Positions 50,368 to 58,761 are shown, counted from the stretch's first letter. The stretch is DNA of 64,000 nt from an uncultured Clostridia bacterium (GCA_934140005.1 CAKPBB010000005.1:3011-67010); one strand, 5' to 3'. Program-made: numbers and translations. The notes: generated by a model from the letters alone, not told the origin.

Positions 50368-51354
50368 TTAAAATCTCGTTCTTTTATTTTTTAGAATTTT
50401 CCAAGTTCCTGTTTTATGAGAACCTATTCTTTTAATAATTTTTTTATATTTTAAATTTTTTATATTATAAGAAATCCCATCTCTAGTTAAACCTAATTTT
50501 TCTGCCATTTCATTTTGTGTAATATTAGGATTCATCTTTATTAAATTTATAATTTTTTCTTCTGTAGTTTCTTTTGTTGAATTCTGCTCTATAAGTATTT
50601 TATCTATTGTTTCATAAATCATTTTCAGCATAAATTCTATAAACTCAGTTGATTCACTAGATTTATTACAATTATCTATAATTTTATAATACTCTTCTTG
50701 ATATTTCTTTATTAAACTTTCAATAGGTACATATTCGAAAATTTCTTTCCATTTAGAAAGCAAAGCTGATTGCCAAAGTCTAGCCATCCTACCATTACCA
50801 TCTCCAAAAGGATGTATAAAAACAAATTCATAATGAAATACCGAAGAAAGTATTAAAGGATGAACTGTATCCTTAGATTCTTTCATCCAGGAAAATAAAT
50901 TTTCCATTAATTCTGGAACTAGCTTTTCTGATGGTGCAACGAATATACATTTATCTCCATCATAAACACCTTCGCCATGACTTCTAAATCTTCCGTTCTC
51001 TTCTTCTATTAAAAATGTCATTATTCCATGAACTAATTTCAAATCTTCTATAGAATATGGATTTATTTGAGAAATTTTATTGTATGCTTCATATGCATTC
51101 TTTACTTCTTGAATATCTTTTTTATCTCCAATTACCATTCGGCCATTTATTACATCTTCAACTTGAAATAAAGATAATTGATTATTTTCAATAGCTAAAG
51201 AAGAATGTATAGAATTAATTCTATTTTGTTTTCTTAATTCTGGCATTTTATTTAAATTTATATAACTATTTATTTCTCCAACTTTTTCCATTATTTTTGA
51301 AATATAGTCTAACATCTTATTTGTTATTTTATATGGTGGTATATATTTATCCAT
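50368..51354 (-). CDS. Fic-family protein with N-terminal inhibitory motif and C-terminal winged-helix domain
   Basis: 328 aa with the Fic motif HPFGDGNGRMAR, SLAIEN matching the (S/T)xxxE(G/N) inhibitory helix, and a C-terminal ..ITQNEMAEKLGLTRDGISYNIKNL HTH. Confidence 0.9.
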   Translation of the reverse strand: MDKYIPPYKITNKMLDYISKIMEKVGEINSYINLNKMPELRKQNRINSIHSSLAIENNQLSLFQVEDVINGRMVIGDKKDIQEVKNAYEAYNKISQINPYSIEDLKLVHGIMTFLIEEENGRFRSHGEGVYDGDKCIFVAPSEKLVPELMENLFSWMKESKDTVHPLILSSVFHYEFVFIHPFGDGNGRMARLWQSALLSKWKEIFEYVPIESLIKKYQEEYYKIIDNCNKSSESTEFIEFMLKMIYETIDKILIEQNSTKETTEEKIINLIKMNPNITQNEMAEKLGLTRDGISYNIKNLKYKKIIKRIGSHKTGTWKILKNKRTRF

Positions 51355-51377
51355 TTTTTCTCCTTAAGTAGTTTTAT

Positions 51378-51468
51378 CTACACCTATATTATACTACATT
51401 TAGCAGATTATATCAATATTTATTGTGTAGTTTATTATGTAGTTTATTGTGTAGTATTTATGCTACAC
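51378..51468. promoter_or_regulatory. array of six RTGTAG motifs around the fic promoter
   Basis: Three 12-bp direct repeats ATTRTGTAGTNT (51422..51457) plus inverted copies CTACAC/CTACAT at 51378, 51394 and 51463. Confidence 0.45.
51388..51416 (-). promoter_or_regulatory. fic promoter
   Basis: Minus strand: TTGATA, 17-nt spacer, TATAAT. TAAGGAG RBS before the ATG at 51354. Confidence 0.6.
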
Positions 51469-51527
51469 TTTTATTAATGGCTGGATTTTTATGAATCAAG
51501 TTTATCAAAATAAGTTTAATTATAAAA

Positions 51528-51568
51528 TCCGTGAGAATTGTCTAAAGACATATCCTCACGGATTTTTA
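51528..51568. terminator. bidirectional terminator after the 51594..51992 gene
   Basis: Stem ATCCGTGAG / CTCACGGAT with an 18-nt loop, and T-runs on both strands. Confidence 0.6.
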
Positions 51569-51593
51569 GTACTATACATAGTACATCTTAACA

Positions 51594-51992
51594 CTATTTT
51601 TTATTCTCTGTATCTTCATCCTTACTAATCCACTTATCTACGTCCGGAACATAAAGCATAAGAGATTTAGGCTCATGATGGTGACTATTCCAATTGTTAT
51701 CAGCTTTTTCTAACCTCTCTATTTCGCATCCTTTTCCTTGCCTAAGTAAGATTAATTTTAACTCAGAAATTCTATGGTGCAGTAGACGCAACCGTTCTTC
51801 TTCTGTTAAACGACATCCTCCTTCTTCTGTTTCTGCATATGAGCGAAGCCTTAAGCGAAAACTAGTATAATTTCCTTCACCGAAAGCTAATCTTTCTAAG
51901 TCGTCAACACGATTCAGCAATTCTATTTCGTACGCTGAAGGTATTTGCTTTTTGTGTAAAACTCTACGAAAAGCTGGATTATAAAGTTTCAT
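51594..51992 (-). CDS. hypothetical protein (132 aa), G+C-richer than surroundings
   Basis: ATG preceded by a GGGGG-type SD, with its own consensus promoter and terminator. Arg/Glu/Leu-rich helical sequence; no family recognised. Confidence 0.6.
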   Translation of the reverse strand: MKLYNPAFRRVLHKKQIPSAYEIELLNRVDDLERLAFGEGNYTSFRLRLRSYAETEEGGCRLTEEERLRLLHHRISELKLILLRQGKGCEIERLEKADNNWNSHHHEPKSLMLYVPDVDKWISKDEDTENKK

Positions 51993-52052
51993 AAAGATAC
52001 CCCCGTTTTATTTTCAGGATAAATCAAGTGATTTCTAACGAACAATGAATTT

Positions 52053-52081
52053 ATTATAGCACGGTTTTACAAGGCAGTCAA
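52053..52081 (-). promoter_or_regulatory. consensus extended -10 promoter for the 51594..51992 gene
   Basis: Minus strand: TTGACT, 17-nt spacer ending in TGC, then TATAAT. Confidence 0.6.
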
Positions 52082-52157
52082 TTGATTTTTAGAAAGCTCC
52101 AGTCCAACTCTATACTTGAGTACACTTCTTTTCGATTCCCAACATTACAAATATATT

Positions 52158-52187
52158 AAAAGCTCATACATCTGTATGAGCTTTTTT
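52158..52187. terminator. bidirectional intrinsic terminator
   Basis: AAAAGCTCATACA..TGTATGAGCTTTTTT, a 12-13 bp stem flanked by an A-run and a T-run. Confidence 0.65.
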
Positions 52188-52332
52188 GGAGCGATTACGG
52201 AGCAGGTATGCAAAAAAAATACATCTGCAAAGTAATGCTCTTTTTATATAATTCGATTTATTTGATTATAATTTATCACAAATTTTGTGTTTATTCAATA
52301 AATTTTTAATTTTTTTATTTTAATACAGAAAT

Positions 52333-52370
52333 TCAAACCCCTGCCACTTTTTTTAGTAGCAGGGGTTTGA
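52333..52370 (-). terminator. GC-rich hairpin after the 52382..52762 gene
   Basis: TCAAACCCCTGC / GCAGGGGTTTGA stem with a 14-nt loop, 12 nt downstream of the stop. Confidence 0.55.
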
Positions 52371-52381
52371 ACGATTGCAAA

Positions 52382-52762
52382 TTAATACACTTTCAAAGAT
52401 GTAATAACAATATTGAGTTCTGCGAAAGTTTTCTTGACAAATTTGTCAGTTGTATCAATCCACGCGTCTTTTCCTTTGCTGCCGATTGCCAGAACACGAC
52501 CGTCATCTTCGAAAATAACAGCAACTTTATCGCCATCATAAATATGTGCTTCTTTGAAATTCTCTTTAAGCTGATTGCAGAAAATTTCGCCTTCTTCTTC
52601 AGTGTTTCCAAGCTTAATAAATGGAAGATTTTTAAAAAATAAAGTAGAAGTGTCTTCGAACATAATGTCCCAAGCATAATAACAATGATGGTCAAAGTAG
52701 TATGGAGGCTTTTCTAAGCCTTTAATCCGAGCTGTTGCAATGTTAACTTTCTGAAATTTCAT
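52382..52762 (-). CDS. hypothetical protein (126 aa), G+C-richer than surroundings
   Basis: ORF trimmed to MKFQKVNIATARIKG, with AGGAGG 7 nt upstream. No family recognised. Confidence 0.6.
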   Translation of the reverse strand: MKFQKVNIATARIKGLEKPPYYFDHHCYYAWDIMFEDTSTLFFKNLPFIKLGNTEEEGEIFCNQLKENFKEAHIYDGDKVAVIFEDDGRVLAIGSKGKDAWIDTTDKFVKKTFAELNIVITSLKVY

Positions 52763-53173
52763 ATTAATTCCTCCTACCAATTGTTTTACGGGAATATATA
52801 AACCTGCTATTCTTATTATAGTTCGCATAGCTACGAATATTTTCAGATGTCATTATACCACTTTTTACATAATTTTTCAATTTTTTTCATATACTTTTGG
52901 TAAAAAAAATAAGCCGATTAAATCGACTTATATAAATGTGATTGATACTTAACTTTGATTTTCTTCAAACTTACTTATATCAATATTTTTAAGTGGTTCG
53001 ACGAAAATGCATTATGGAGCAGTTAAGCAACAGCTTACGAACCATAACGCTCTCTTTCTAAAAATATTATATATGAATTCTTATTAAATTTCAATGGGAG
53101 TATGGAGAATTTTGTTATTTTATAGTATAATATATTCAAAATTAAACTTGATTCTATATAAGGAGGAAGTATA

Positions 53174-53641
53174 ATGGATATAAGATATGCGGTAAGAGTA
53201 TTTGCTTTTAAAGATAACAAGGTTGCCTGTATTAAATATAAGAATATTAACAAAGATTATTTTGATATACCTGGTGGAAAGATTGAAGATGGTGAAACTG
53301 AAATACAGACTTGTATAAGAGAATTTAAAGAAGAAACCGGAATGGATATTAATGATTTAAAATGTATTGGAAATGTTGAAATTATATATCCAGGTAAAAA
53401 TAAAAAATTTGTTATGAAAACATATATCGCAAATAAAGTGAATGGTAACCCATTGGATTTAGATGATAACTATGCTTATTGGTTACCTATAAATGAATTA
53501 ACTAAGAATGAAAAAAGATTTGCAATAACTCATTTGTTAGATGATGATTTAATTAATTATTTTGAATCAGAGAAAATCAATATTTTATTTACTTGCGATG
53601 ATAATCATAATATTACTAATATGGAAATAAAGGAGGCATAA
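53174..53641 (+). CDS. NUDIX hydrolase
   Basis: 155 aa with AGGAGG upstream. Nudix box GGKIEDGETEIQTCIREFKEETG. Confidence 0.85.
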   Translation: MDIRYAVRVFAFKDNKVACIKYKNINKDYFDIPGGKIEDGETEIQTCIREFKEETGMDINDLKCIGNVEIIYPGKNKKFVMKTYIANKVNGNPLDLDDNYAYWLPINELTKNEKRFAITHLLDDDLINYFESEKINILFTCDDNHNITNMEIKEA

Positions 53642-53642
53642 A

Positions 53643-54059
53643 ATGAATGCAAATTTGTGGACACAATTACTTATAGCAATAGTTCCTGCACTTATTACTG
53701 GTGTTGGAAGTTTAATAATTGCTATTAAGAAATGTAAGAATGAAATTAATACACTTGAAACTAATAATAAACACGAAATAGAAAAATTAATGAAACAACA
53801 TAAAATAGATATTGAAGCATTAAATGAAAAACATAGACTTGATATAGAAACTAAAGAAAAAGAACATCAATTAAAAATTGAAGAGATAAAAGTTCAAAAT
53901 GAACAAGAAATATTAAAAAGAGAGAAAGAATTATCTAATTCTGCAATGTATTCAATGATGGGAGATGCAACTAAGGATTTATTTGCAGGAATATTTAACT
54001 CACCTGAATTTAAAGAAGAAATGAGTAAAAAAATTAAAGAAGGATTTAATAAGAAATAA
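53643..54059 (+). CDS. membrane-anchored coiled-coil protein
   Basis: 138 aa with an N-terminal TM (LLIAIVPALITGVGSLIIAI) followed by a Lys/Glu heptad region. Its start lies 1 nt after the NUDIX stop. Confidence 0.55.
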   Translation: MNANLWTQLLIAIVPALITGVGSLIIAIKKCKNEINTLETNNKHEIEKLMKQHKIDIEALNEKHRLDIETKEKEHQLKIEEIKVQNEQEILKREKELSNSAMYSMMGDATKDLFAGIFNSPEFKEEMSKKIKEGFNKK

Positions 54060-54077
54060 TTATTATGGAGGTACAAA

Positions 54078-54722
54078 ATGGGATTTAATGAAAAGGAAAA
54101 TTCCTTAGAATATTGGGATAATATACATAGTAAATATGAACGAAATGAAATAAAATTAGACGACTGGTTGGATAAGTTTGAAACTATAATAGATAGTTGC
54201 TCAACTCCTATTTTGGATTTAGGATGCGGAAGTGGTAATGATACTTTGTATTTAATTAACAAAAATAAACAAGTTATATCTTGTGATCAATCTAGCAATG
54301 CAATTAATAATATTAAAAAAAACTTTCCAGAAGTGTATGATACTAAGTGTTTTAATATGCTTGATGGAATGCCATTTGATAATAATTCGTTTGAACTAAT
54401 AATTGCTGATTTATGTTTACATTATTTTAAAGAAAAAGATACATTTGAATTATTAAATGAAATAAGACGCATTCTTACTGTTGGAGGACGCTTAATTTTT
54501 CGAGTTAATTCAGTAAATGATGTAAATCACGGTGCTGGTCAAGGTAATGAAATAGAACATCATTTATACGAAACATCGGATAAAAGATTAAAAAGATTTT
54601 TTGATGAAAAAGACATTAAGTTTTTCTTTAAAGATTTTGATATCGAATATTTAAATGAAGAAATAATGACAAGATATAAATTAGAAAAAAGATTATATAG
54701 AGTTTGCGTTAGAAAAAAGTAA
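54078..54722 (+). CDS. class I SAM-dependent methyltransferase
   Basis: 214 aa with motif I ILDLGCGSGNDTLYL and post-I/II blocks (IIADLCLHYF). Confidence 0.85.
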   Translation: MGFNEKENSLEYWDNIHSKYERNEIKLDDWLDKFETIIDSCSTPILDLGCGSGNDTLYLINKNKQVISCDQSSNAINNIKKNFPEVYDTKCFNMLDGMPFDNNSFELIIADLCLHYFKEKDTFELLNEIRRILTVGGRLIFRVNSVNDVNHGAGQGNEIEHHLYETSDKRLKRFFDEKDIKFFFKDFDIEYLNEEIMTRYKLEKRLYRVCVRKK

Positions 54723-54812
54723 AGGGTATGGGAATTCCCATAGTAGAATTTATGCGGGAGTATAAATTCAGTGCTGGCTAGACATAGATTTTATTCCCAT
54801 ATTCAAAAAAAC

Positions 54813-54856
54813 AAAAAAGAGGAAAAAATTATTCTGATAATTTTTTCCTCTTTTTT
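54813..54856. terminator. bidirectional intrinsic terminator
   Basis: 15-bp stem AGAGGAAAAAATTAT / ATAATTTTTTCCTCT with loop TCTG, flanked by an A-run and a T-run. Confidence 0.7.
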
Positions 54857-54911
54857 GAAGATTATTTATATAAAAACATATTCATTTAGGACAATTTCTT
54901 CTGCTATATTT

Positions 54912-54962
54912 TTATAGTTGTTCATTAATTTTGTCCATACCAATGGATTTAATTTCAAGCAT
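54912..54962 (-). CDS. candidate 16-codon small ORF (MLEIKSIGMDKINEQL)
   Basis: AAAGGAGG lies 9 nt upstream of the ATG. The ORF sits between tRNA-Gly and the terminator at 54813..54856. Coding status is unproven. Confidence 0.25.
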   Translation of the reverse strand: MLEIKSIGMDKINEQL

Positions 54963-55055
54963 GAAAAAAGGCCTCCTTTCTGTGATAAGAGAACTTTTAA
55001 AGTTTTATATAAAATAAAAACTTACGAACAATTAAGTCCGTAAGTTGTCTTCAAA

Positions 55056-55129
55056 TGGAGCGGGTAGTGGGAATCGAACCCACGAGACAAGGTCGGAAGC
55101 ATTGCATTTTACCACTAAATTATACCCGC
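55056..55129 (-). tRNA. tRNA-Gly (anticodon UCC), second distinct copy
   Basis: Minus strand: GCGGGTA..AGTGGTA..anticodon loop CTTCCGA..GTGGGTTCGATTCCCAC-TACCCGC-TCCA. Confidence 0.85.
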
Positions 55130-55180
55130 AAATATTTTTAATTATTTAAAGATTTTATATAAACATTTTTTTATAAAATA

Positions 55181-55220
55181 AAACAGAGTATTAAAACTAA
55201 AAGCTTTTCATACTCTGTTT
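55181..55220 (-). terminator. hairpin after tRNA-Tyr
   Basis: Stem AAACAGAGTA / TACTCTGTTT with a long loop, followed on the minus strand by TTTTATTTTAT. Confidence 0.45.
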
Positions 55221-55306
55221 TGGTGGGCAGGGATGGATTCGAACCATCGTACGCTCTCGCGGCCAGATTTACAGTCTGGTGCCATTAACCACTCGACCAC
55301 CTACCC
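55221..55306 (-). tRNA. tRNA-Tyr (anticodon GUA)
   Basis: Minus strand: GGGTAGG..CCAGA-CTGTAAA-TCTGG, long variable arm, GATGGTTCGAATCCATC, CCA end. Confidence 0.9.
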
Positions 55307-55325
55307 AAATATTTACATGTTAATT

Positions 55326-55354
55326 ATTATAAAGTTAAACTTTTAATTTGTCAA
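55326..55354 (-). promoter_or_regulatory. promoter of tRNA-Tyr
   Basis: Minus strand: TTGACA, 17-nt spacer, TATAAT. Confidence 0.6.
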
Positions 55355-55372
55355 CCTTTTTAATAAAATTTT

Positions 55373-55401
55373 ATAATAAGCTCTTTCATAAGAGCTTATT
55401 A
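55373..55401 (-). terminator. hairpin after tRNA-Met
   Basis: 13-bp stem ATAATAAGCTCTT / AAGAGCTTATTAT with a 4-nt loop, immediately 3' of the tRNA. Confidence 0.5.
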
Positions 55402-55478
55402 TGGTGCGCCATCAAGGATTCGAACCTTGGACCCACCGGTTATGAGCCGGTTGCTCTGACCAGCTGAGCTAATGGCGC
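55402..55478 (-). tRNA. tRNA with CAU anticodon (elongator Met, or Ile2 if lysidine-modified)
   Basis: Minus strand: GCGCCAT..AGCTCAGCTGGTCAGAGC..ACCGG-CTCATAA-CCGGT..AAGGTTCGAATCCTT..CCA. The G1-C72 pair argues against an initiator. Confidence 0.85.
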
Positions 55479-55504
55479 TTGCGTTCTTTGCTTAACGCTC
55501 TTAC

Positions 55505-55533
55505 ATTATAATTCAATATAACTGTTCTGTCAA
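55505..55533 (-). promoter_or_regulatory. promoter of tRNA-Met
   Basis: Minus strand: TTGACA, 17-nt spacer, TATAAT. Confidence 0.6.
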
Positions 55534-55663
55534 GTTTTTTTCAAAACTTTTTTAAAAATTTTCATATTTTTCTTACTTAATTTTCTGAACCCCTTTATTT
55601 TACTTACTTTTTATGATAATATATTTTAGTATTTTTAAGAAAAATTTATTGAAAGGCATAAAA

Positions 55664-58003
55664 ATGAATATAAAATATTTAGAAAAAATAGAATTTTCAA
55701 AAATATGTGAAATATTAACTAGTTATTGTAAAACTTATATTGGGAAAGGTTTTGCAACTAATATTGAACCTCTTTCAACTGAAAAGGACATACAAAAAGC
55801 TTTAGATCAAACTTCAGAAGCTGTTATTTTGTTATACAGAAAAGGTTCTGTGCCAATTAGTGAAATTGCTGATATCACTGTTTCTTTAAAAAGATTAGAA
55901 ACATTATCTTCTCTATCAGCTAAACAACTTTTAGATTTAGGAGAAATTTTACAGATATCTCATGAACTAAAAAATTATTTTTTCAATTCTGATTTTGATT
56001 TATCTGAATTTAAAAATTTAACAAATTTATTTTATAATCTATATACTAATGAATCCTTGGAAAAGACTATTTTTTCTAGTATTATAGATGAATATACAAT
56101 TTCAGATACAGCTTCAGTGAAACTTGCTACTATTCGTAGAAATAAACGTGAAAAAGAACAAGAAATTAAAAATAAGTTAAATTCTCTACTTAGAACAAAA
56201 TATGTACAAGAACCAGTAGTTACTATGCGTGCTGGAAGATTTGTAATTCCAGTCAAAAATGAATATCGTTCTGAAGTAAAAGGCTTTGTTCATGATATTT
56301 CTTCTAGTGGTTCGACTGTTTTTATAGAACCATTATCTGTATTTGATTTAAATAATGATATAAATAAATTAAATTTAGAAGAAAATCTTGAAATCGAACA
56401 AATATTAGAAAAACTTTCTAGTATGTTTTATGATTTAATAAACGAATTACAAAATAATGCAAATTTAATTGGACTTTTAGACTTTATCTTTGCAAAAGCA
56501 AAATATTCTAAAGATATAGACGGTTCAGCTGCAAAAATAAATCATGAAAAAAAGATTATCTTATTACAAGCTTGGCATCCTTTAATAAATAAAGATATTG
56601 CCATAAAAAATGATATTTCTCTTGGAGAAAATTACACTAGCTTAATTATTACTGGACCTAATACTGGTGGAAAAACAGTTACTTTGAAAACAGTTGGCTT
56701 ACTTACTTGTATGACAATGTCTGGAATGCATATTCCAGCAAAAGAAAATAGCACTATTTGTTTATTTGATAATATTTTTGCTGATATTGGAGACGAACAA
56801 AGTATTGCAGACTCATTAAGTACTTTCTCATCTCACATGACAAAAATTGCTGAAATTTTGTCTATAGCTACTGAGAATAGTTTAATTTTGTTAGATGAAT
56901 TAGGTTCCGGAACAGACCCTATCGAAGGCGCAAGTTTGGCAATTAGTATTTTAGAGAACTTAAATAAACGTGGTGCTCTAACACTTGCAACTACACACTA
57001 TCCAGAAATCAAACATTATGCATTAAACACTCCAGGTTTTGAAAATGCTAGTGCAGAATTTAATATAAATACTCTAACTCCTACTTATCATTTATTGATA
57101 GGTGTTCCTGGCACAAGCAATGCATTTGCTATTAGTCAAAAGCTTGGAATTCCAGAAGATATTATTGAAAGAGCAAAAGATTTTCTTTCTAAAGATGAAA
57201 TAAATATTGAAGATTTGTTAAAAAATATATACGAAGATAAACAACTAATAGAAAAAGAAAAACAAGAAATTCTTGAAAAATCAGCTGAAATAGAAAAATT
57301 AAGAAAAGATTTAAAACATAATAATTCTTCACTAAAAGAGCAGGAACAAGAAATTTTAGATAAAGCTAAAGAACAAGCAAAAGAAATTTTGTTAGATGCT
57401 AAAGAAGAAGCAACCAATTTAATTCGTGATATTGAAAAAGGTACAACTGTAAAGCATTTAAATTATGCTAGAAACAATATAAATACAAAATTAAATAATC
57501 TTCAATCAAAAAAGATTACAACTCCAACAGAAAAAACTTTAAAAGAAGATTCTATAAAACTTGGTATGTCCGTATTTATACCATCTTTAAATCAAACTGG
57601 TAATATAATAACATTGCCAAATAAAGACAAAATTGTTCAAGTACAAGTTGGTATTATGAAAATGAATTTTAAACTTACTGATTTAGAAATTGGTAAAGAA
57701 GAAAGCAAACCCGAAAAAAATTACTCTTATTCTAAAGAACATAAATTACATATTCAATCAGTTTCTCCTGAAATAAATGTTATTGGTCAAAATGTTGAAG
57801 AAGCTTGTTTTGCAATAGACAAGTACCTTGATACATGTGCTTATAATGGTCTTAATACAATTCATATTGTACATGGTAAAGGCACTGGTGCTTTGCGCAA
57901 AGGAATACATAAATTTTTAAAGAATCACCCTCATGTAAAAAGTTATCGTTTAGGAACTTTTGGAGAAGGTGAAATGGGCGTTACTGTTGTTGAACTCAAA
58001 TAA
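55664..58003 (+). CDS. mutS2: endonuclease MutS2 (Smr domain)
   Basis: ORF trimmed to MNIKYLEKIEF. Walker A GPNTGGKT, DELGSGTDP and a C-terminal Smr block (IHIVHGKGTGALRKGI). Confidence 0.9.
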   Translation: MNIKYLEKIEFSKICEILTSYCKTYIGKGFATNIEPLSTEKDIQKALDQTSEAVILLYRKGSVPISEIADITVSLKRLETLSSLSAKQLLDLGEILQISHELKNYFFNSDFDLSEFKNLTNLFYNLYTNESLEKTIFSSIIDEYTISDTASVKLATIRRNKREKEQEIKNKLNSLLRTKYVQEPVVTMRAGRFVIPVKNEYRSEVKGFVHDISSSGSTVFIEPLSVFDLNNDINKLNLEENLEIEQILEKLSSMFYDLINELQNNANLIGLLDFIFAKAKYSKDIDGSAAKINHEKKIILLQAWHPLINKDIAIKNDISLGENYTSLIITGPNTGGKTVTLKTVGLLTCMTMSGMHIPAKENSTICLFDNIFADIGDEQSIADSLSTFSSHMTKIAEILSIATENSLILLDELGSGTDPIEGASLAISILENLNKRGALTLATTHYPEIKHYALNTPGFENASAEFNINTLTPTYHLLIGVPGTSNAFAISQKLGIPEDIIERAKDFLSKDEINIEDLLKNIYEDKQLIEKEKQEILEKSAEIEKLRKDLKHNNSSLKEQEQEILDKAKEQAKEILLDAKEEATNLIRDIEKGTTVKHLNYARNNINTKLNNLQSKKITTPTEKTLKEDSIKLGMSVFIPSLNQTGNIITLPNKDKIVQVQVGIMKMNFKLTDLEIGKEESKPEKNYSYSKEHKLHIQSVSPEINVIGQNVEEACFAIDKYLDTCAYNGLNTIHIVHGKGTGALRKGIHKFLKNHPHVKSYRLGTFGEGEMGVTVVELK

Positions 58004-58011
58004 AATAATCT

Positions 58012-58048
58012 AAAAAAATCCGTATTAAAATTTAATACGGATTTTTTA
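58012..58048. terminator. bidirectional terminator between convergent mutS2 and lexA
   Basis: ATCCGTATTA / TAATACGGAT stem flanked by an A-run and a T-run. Confidence 0.75.
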
Positions 58049-58070
58049 TAAGGTTAAACTTTTACAATAA

Positions 58071-58727
58071 TTACATTTTTCTAAATACACCAATTACTTT
58101 ACCTAAAATTTCACAATTTGGAACTATAATTGGATCCATTGTTGAATTTTCTGGTTGTAATCTTATATGATCTTTCTCTTTATAGAAAGTTTTAACTGTT
58201 GCTTCATCTTCTATTAAAGCAACAACAATTTCTCCGTTTGTTGCTGTATTCTGTTTGCGAACTAAAATATAGTCTCCATTTAAAATTCCAGCTTCAATCA
58301 TGCTCTCTCCTCTAACAGTAAGCATAAAACTTTCACTATTTCCAACAAAATCAAGTGGTATAGGAAATGTATCTGTTACATTCTCAACGGCTAATATTGG
58401 TGCTCCTGCTGTAATTTTTCCAACTACTGGAACTTCTACCATTTCTTTGTTTGTATAAACAGGCTTCTCAAAAGTAGTTTGCTCCCCTTCTAAATTACCA
58501 CCTTTTAATAATTTTAAAGTTCTACCTTTTTGACTTTCTTTTTTGATATATCCCTTTTTCTCTAAAGATTCTAAATAACCATGTACAGTTGCTGTAGATT
58601 TTAAGCCAACTGCTTTTCCAATTTCTCTAACAGATGGTGGATAACCATTTTCAACAACTTGTTTTTCAATAAATTTCAATATTGCTTTTTCTCTTTTATT
58701 TAAGCTATCTGGATCTTTTCTTCTCAT
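58071..58727 (-). CDS. lexA: LexA repressor
   Basis: 218 aa with an N-terminal wHTH ([23 protein letters not shown]), cleavage site region VVGKITAG and S24 peptidase block [14 protein letters not shown]. Confidence 0.9.
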   Translation of the reverse strand: MRRKDPDSLNKREKAILKFIEKQVVENGYPPSVREIGKAVGLKSTATVHGYLESLEKKGYIKKESQKGRTLKLLKGGNLEGEQTTFEKPVYTNKEMVEVPVVGKITAGAPILAVENVTDTFPIPLDFVGNSESFMLTVRGESMIEAGILNGDYILVRKQNTATNGEIVVALIEDEATVKTFYKEKDHIRLQPENSTMDPIIVPNCEILGKVIGVFRKM

Positions 58728-58761
58728 TATATACGCTCCTTATACTTATATTCCAACATAT

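Noticed and set aside
53035-53253. 72-aa minus-strand ORF between the orphan genes and the NUDIX gene
   Set aside because: It has no RBS, overlaps the NUDIX start and promoter region, and has a hydrophobic low-complexity sequence typical of AT-rich noise.
54727-54801. tRNA-like or att remnant: a 75-nt segment closed by TATGGGA/TCCCATA, with loose similarity to the neighbouring tRNA-Gly ends
   Set aside because: It has no D-arm, anticodon arm or T-loop (no GTTCRA). The similarity to the tRNA is patchy and could be chance. The palindrome at 54727..54742 is better read as a terminator hairpin of the methyltransferase gene.
44408-54962. Calling the accessory block a prophage, ICE or transposon
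   Set aside because: No integrase, recombinase, transposase, relaxase or phage structural gene was found, and no clear flanking direct repeats. Only compositional and organisational hints exist, so it is reported as an island-like region only.
55056-55129. Second tRNA-Gly(UCC) as a cell-wall-specific (non-proteinogenic) isoacceptor feeding the FemAB enzyme
   Set aside because: Both tRNA-Gly copies keep the GG of the D-loop, TTCGATT T-loops and GC-rich T-stems. I see none of the deviations described for the staphylococcal cell-wall tRNAs. This cannot be supported from sequence alone.
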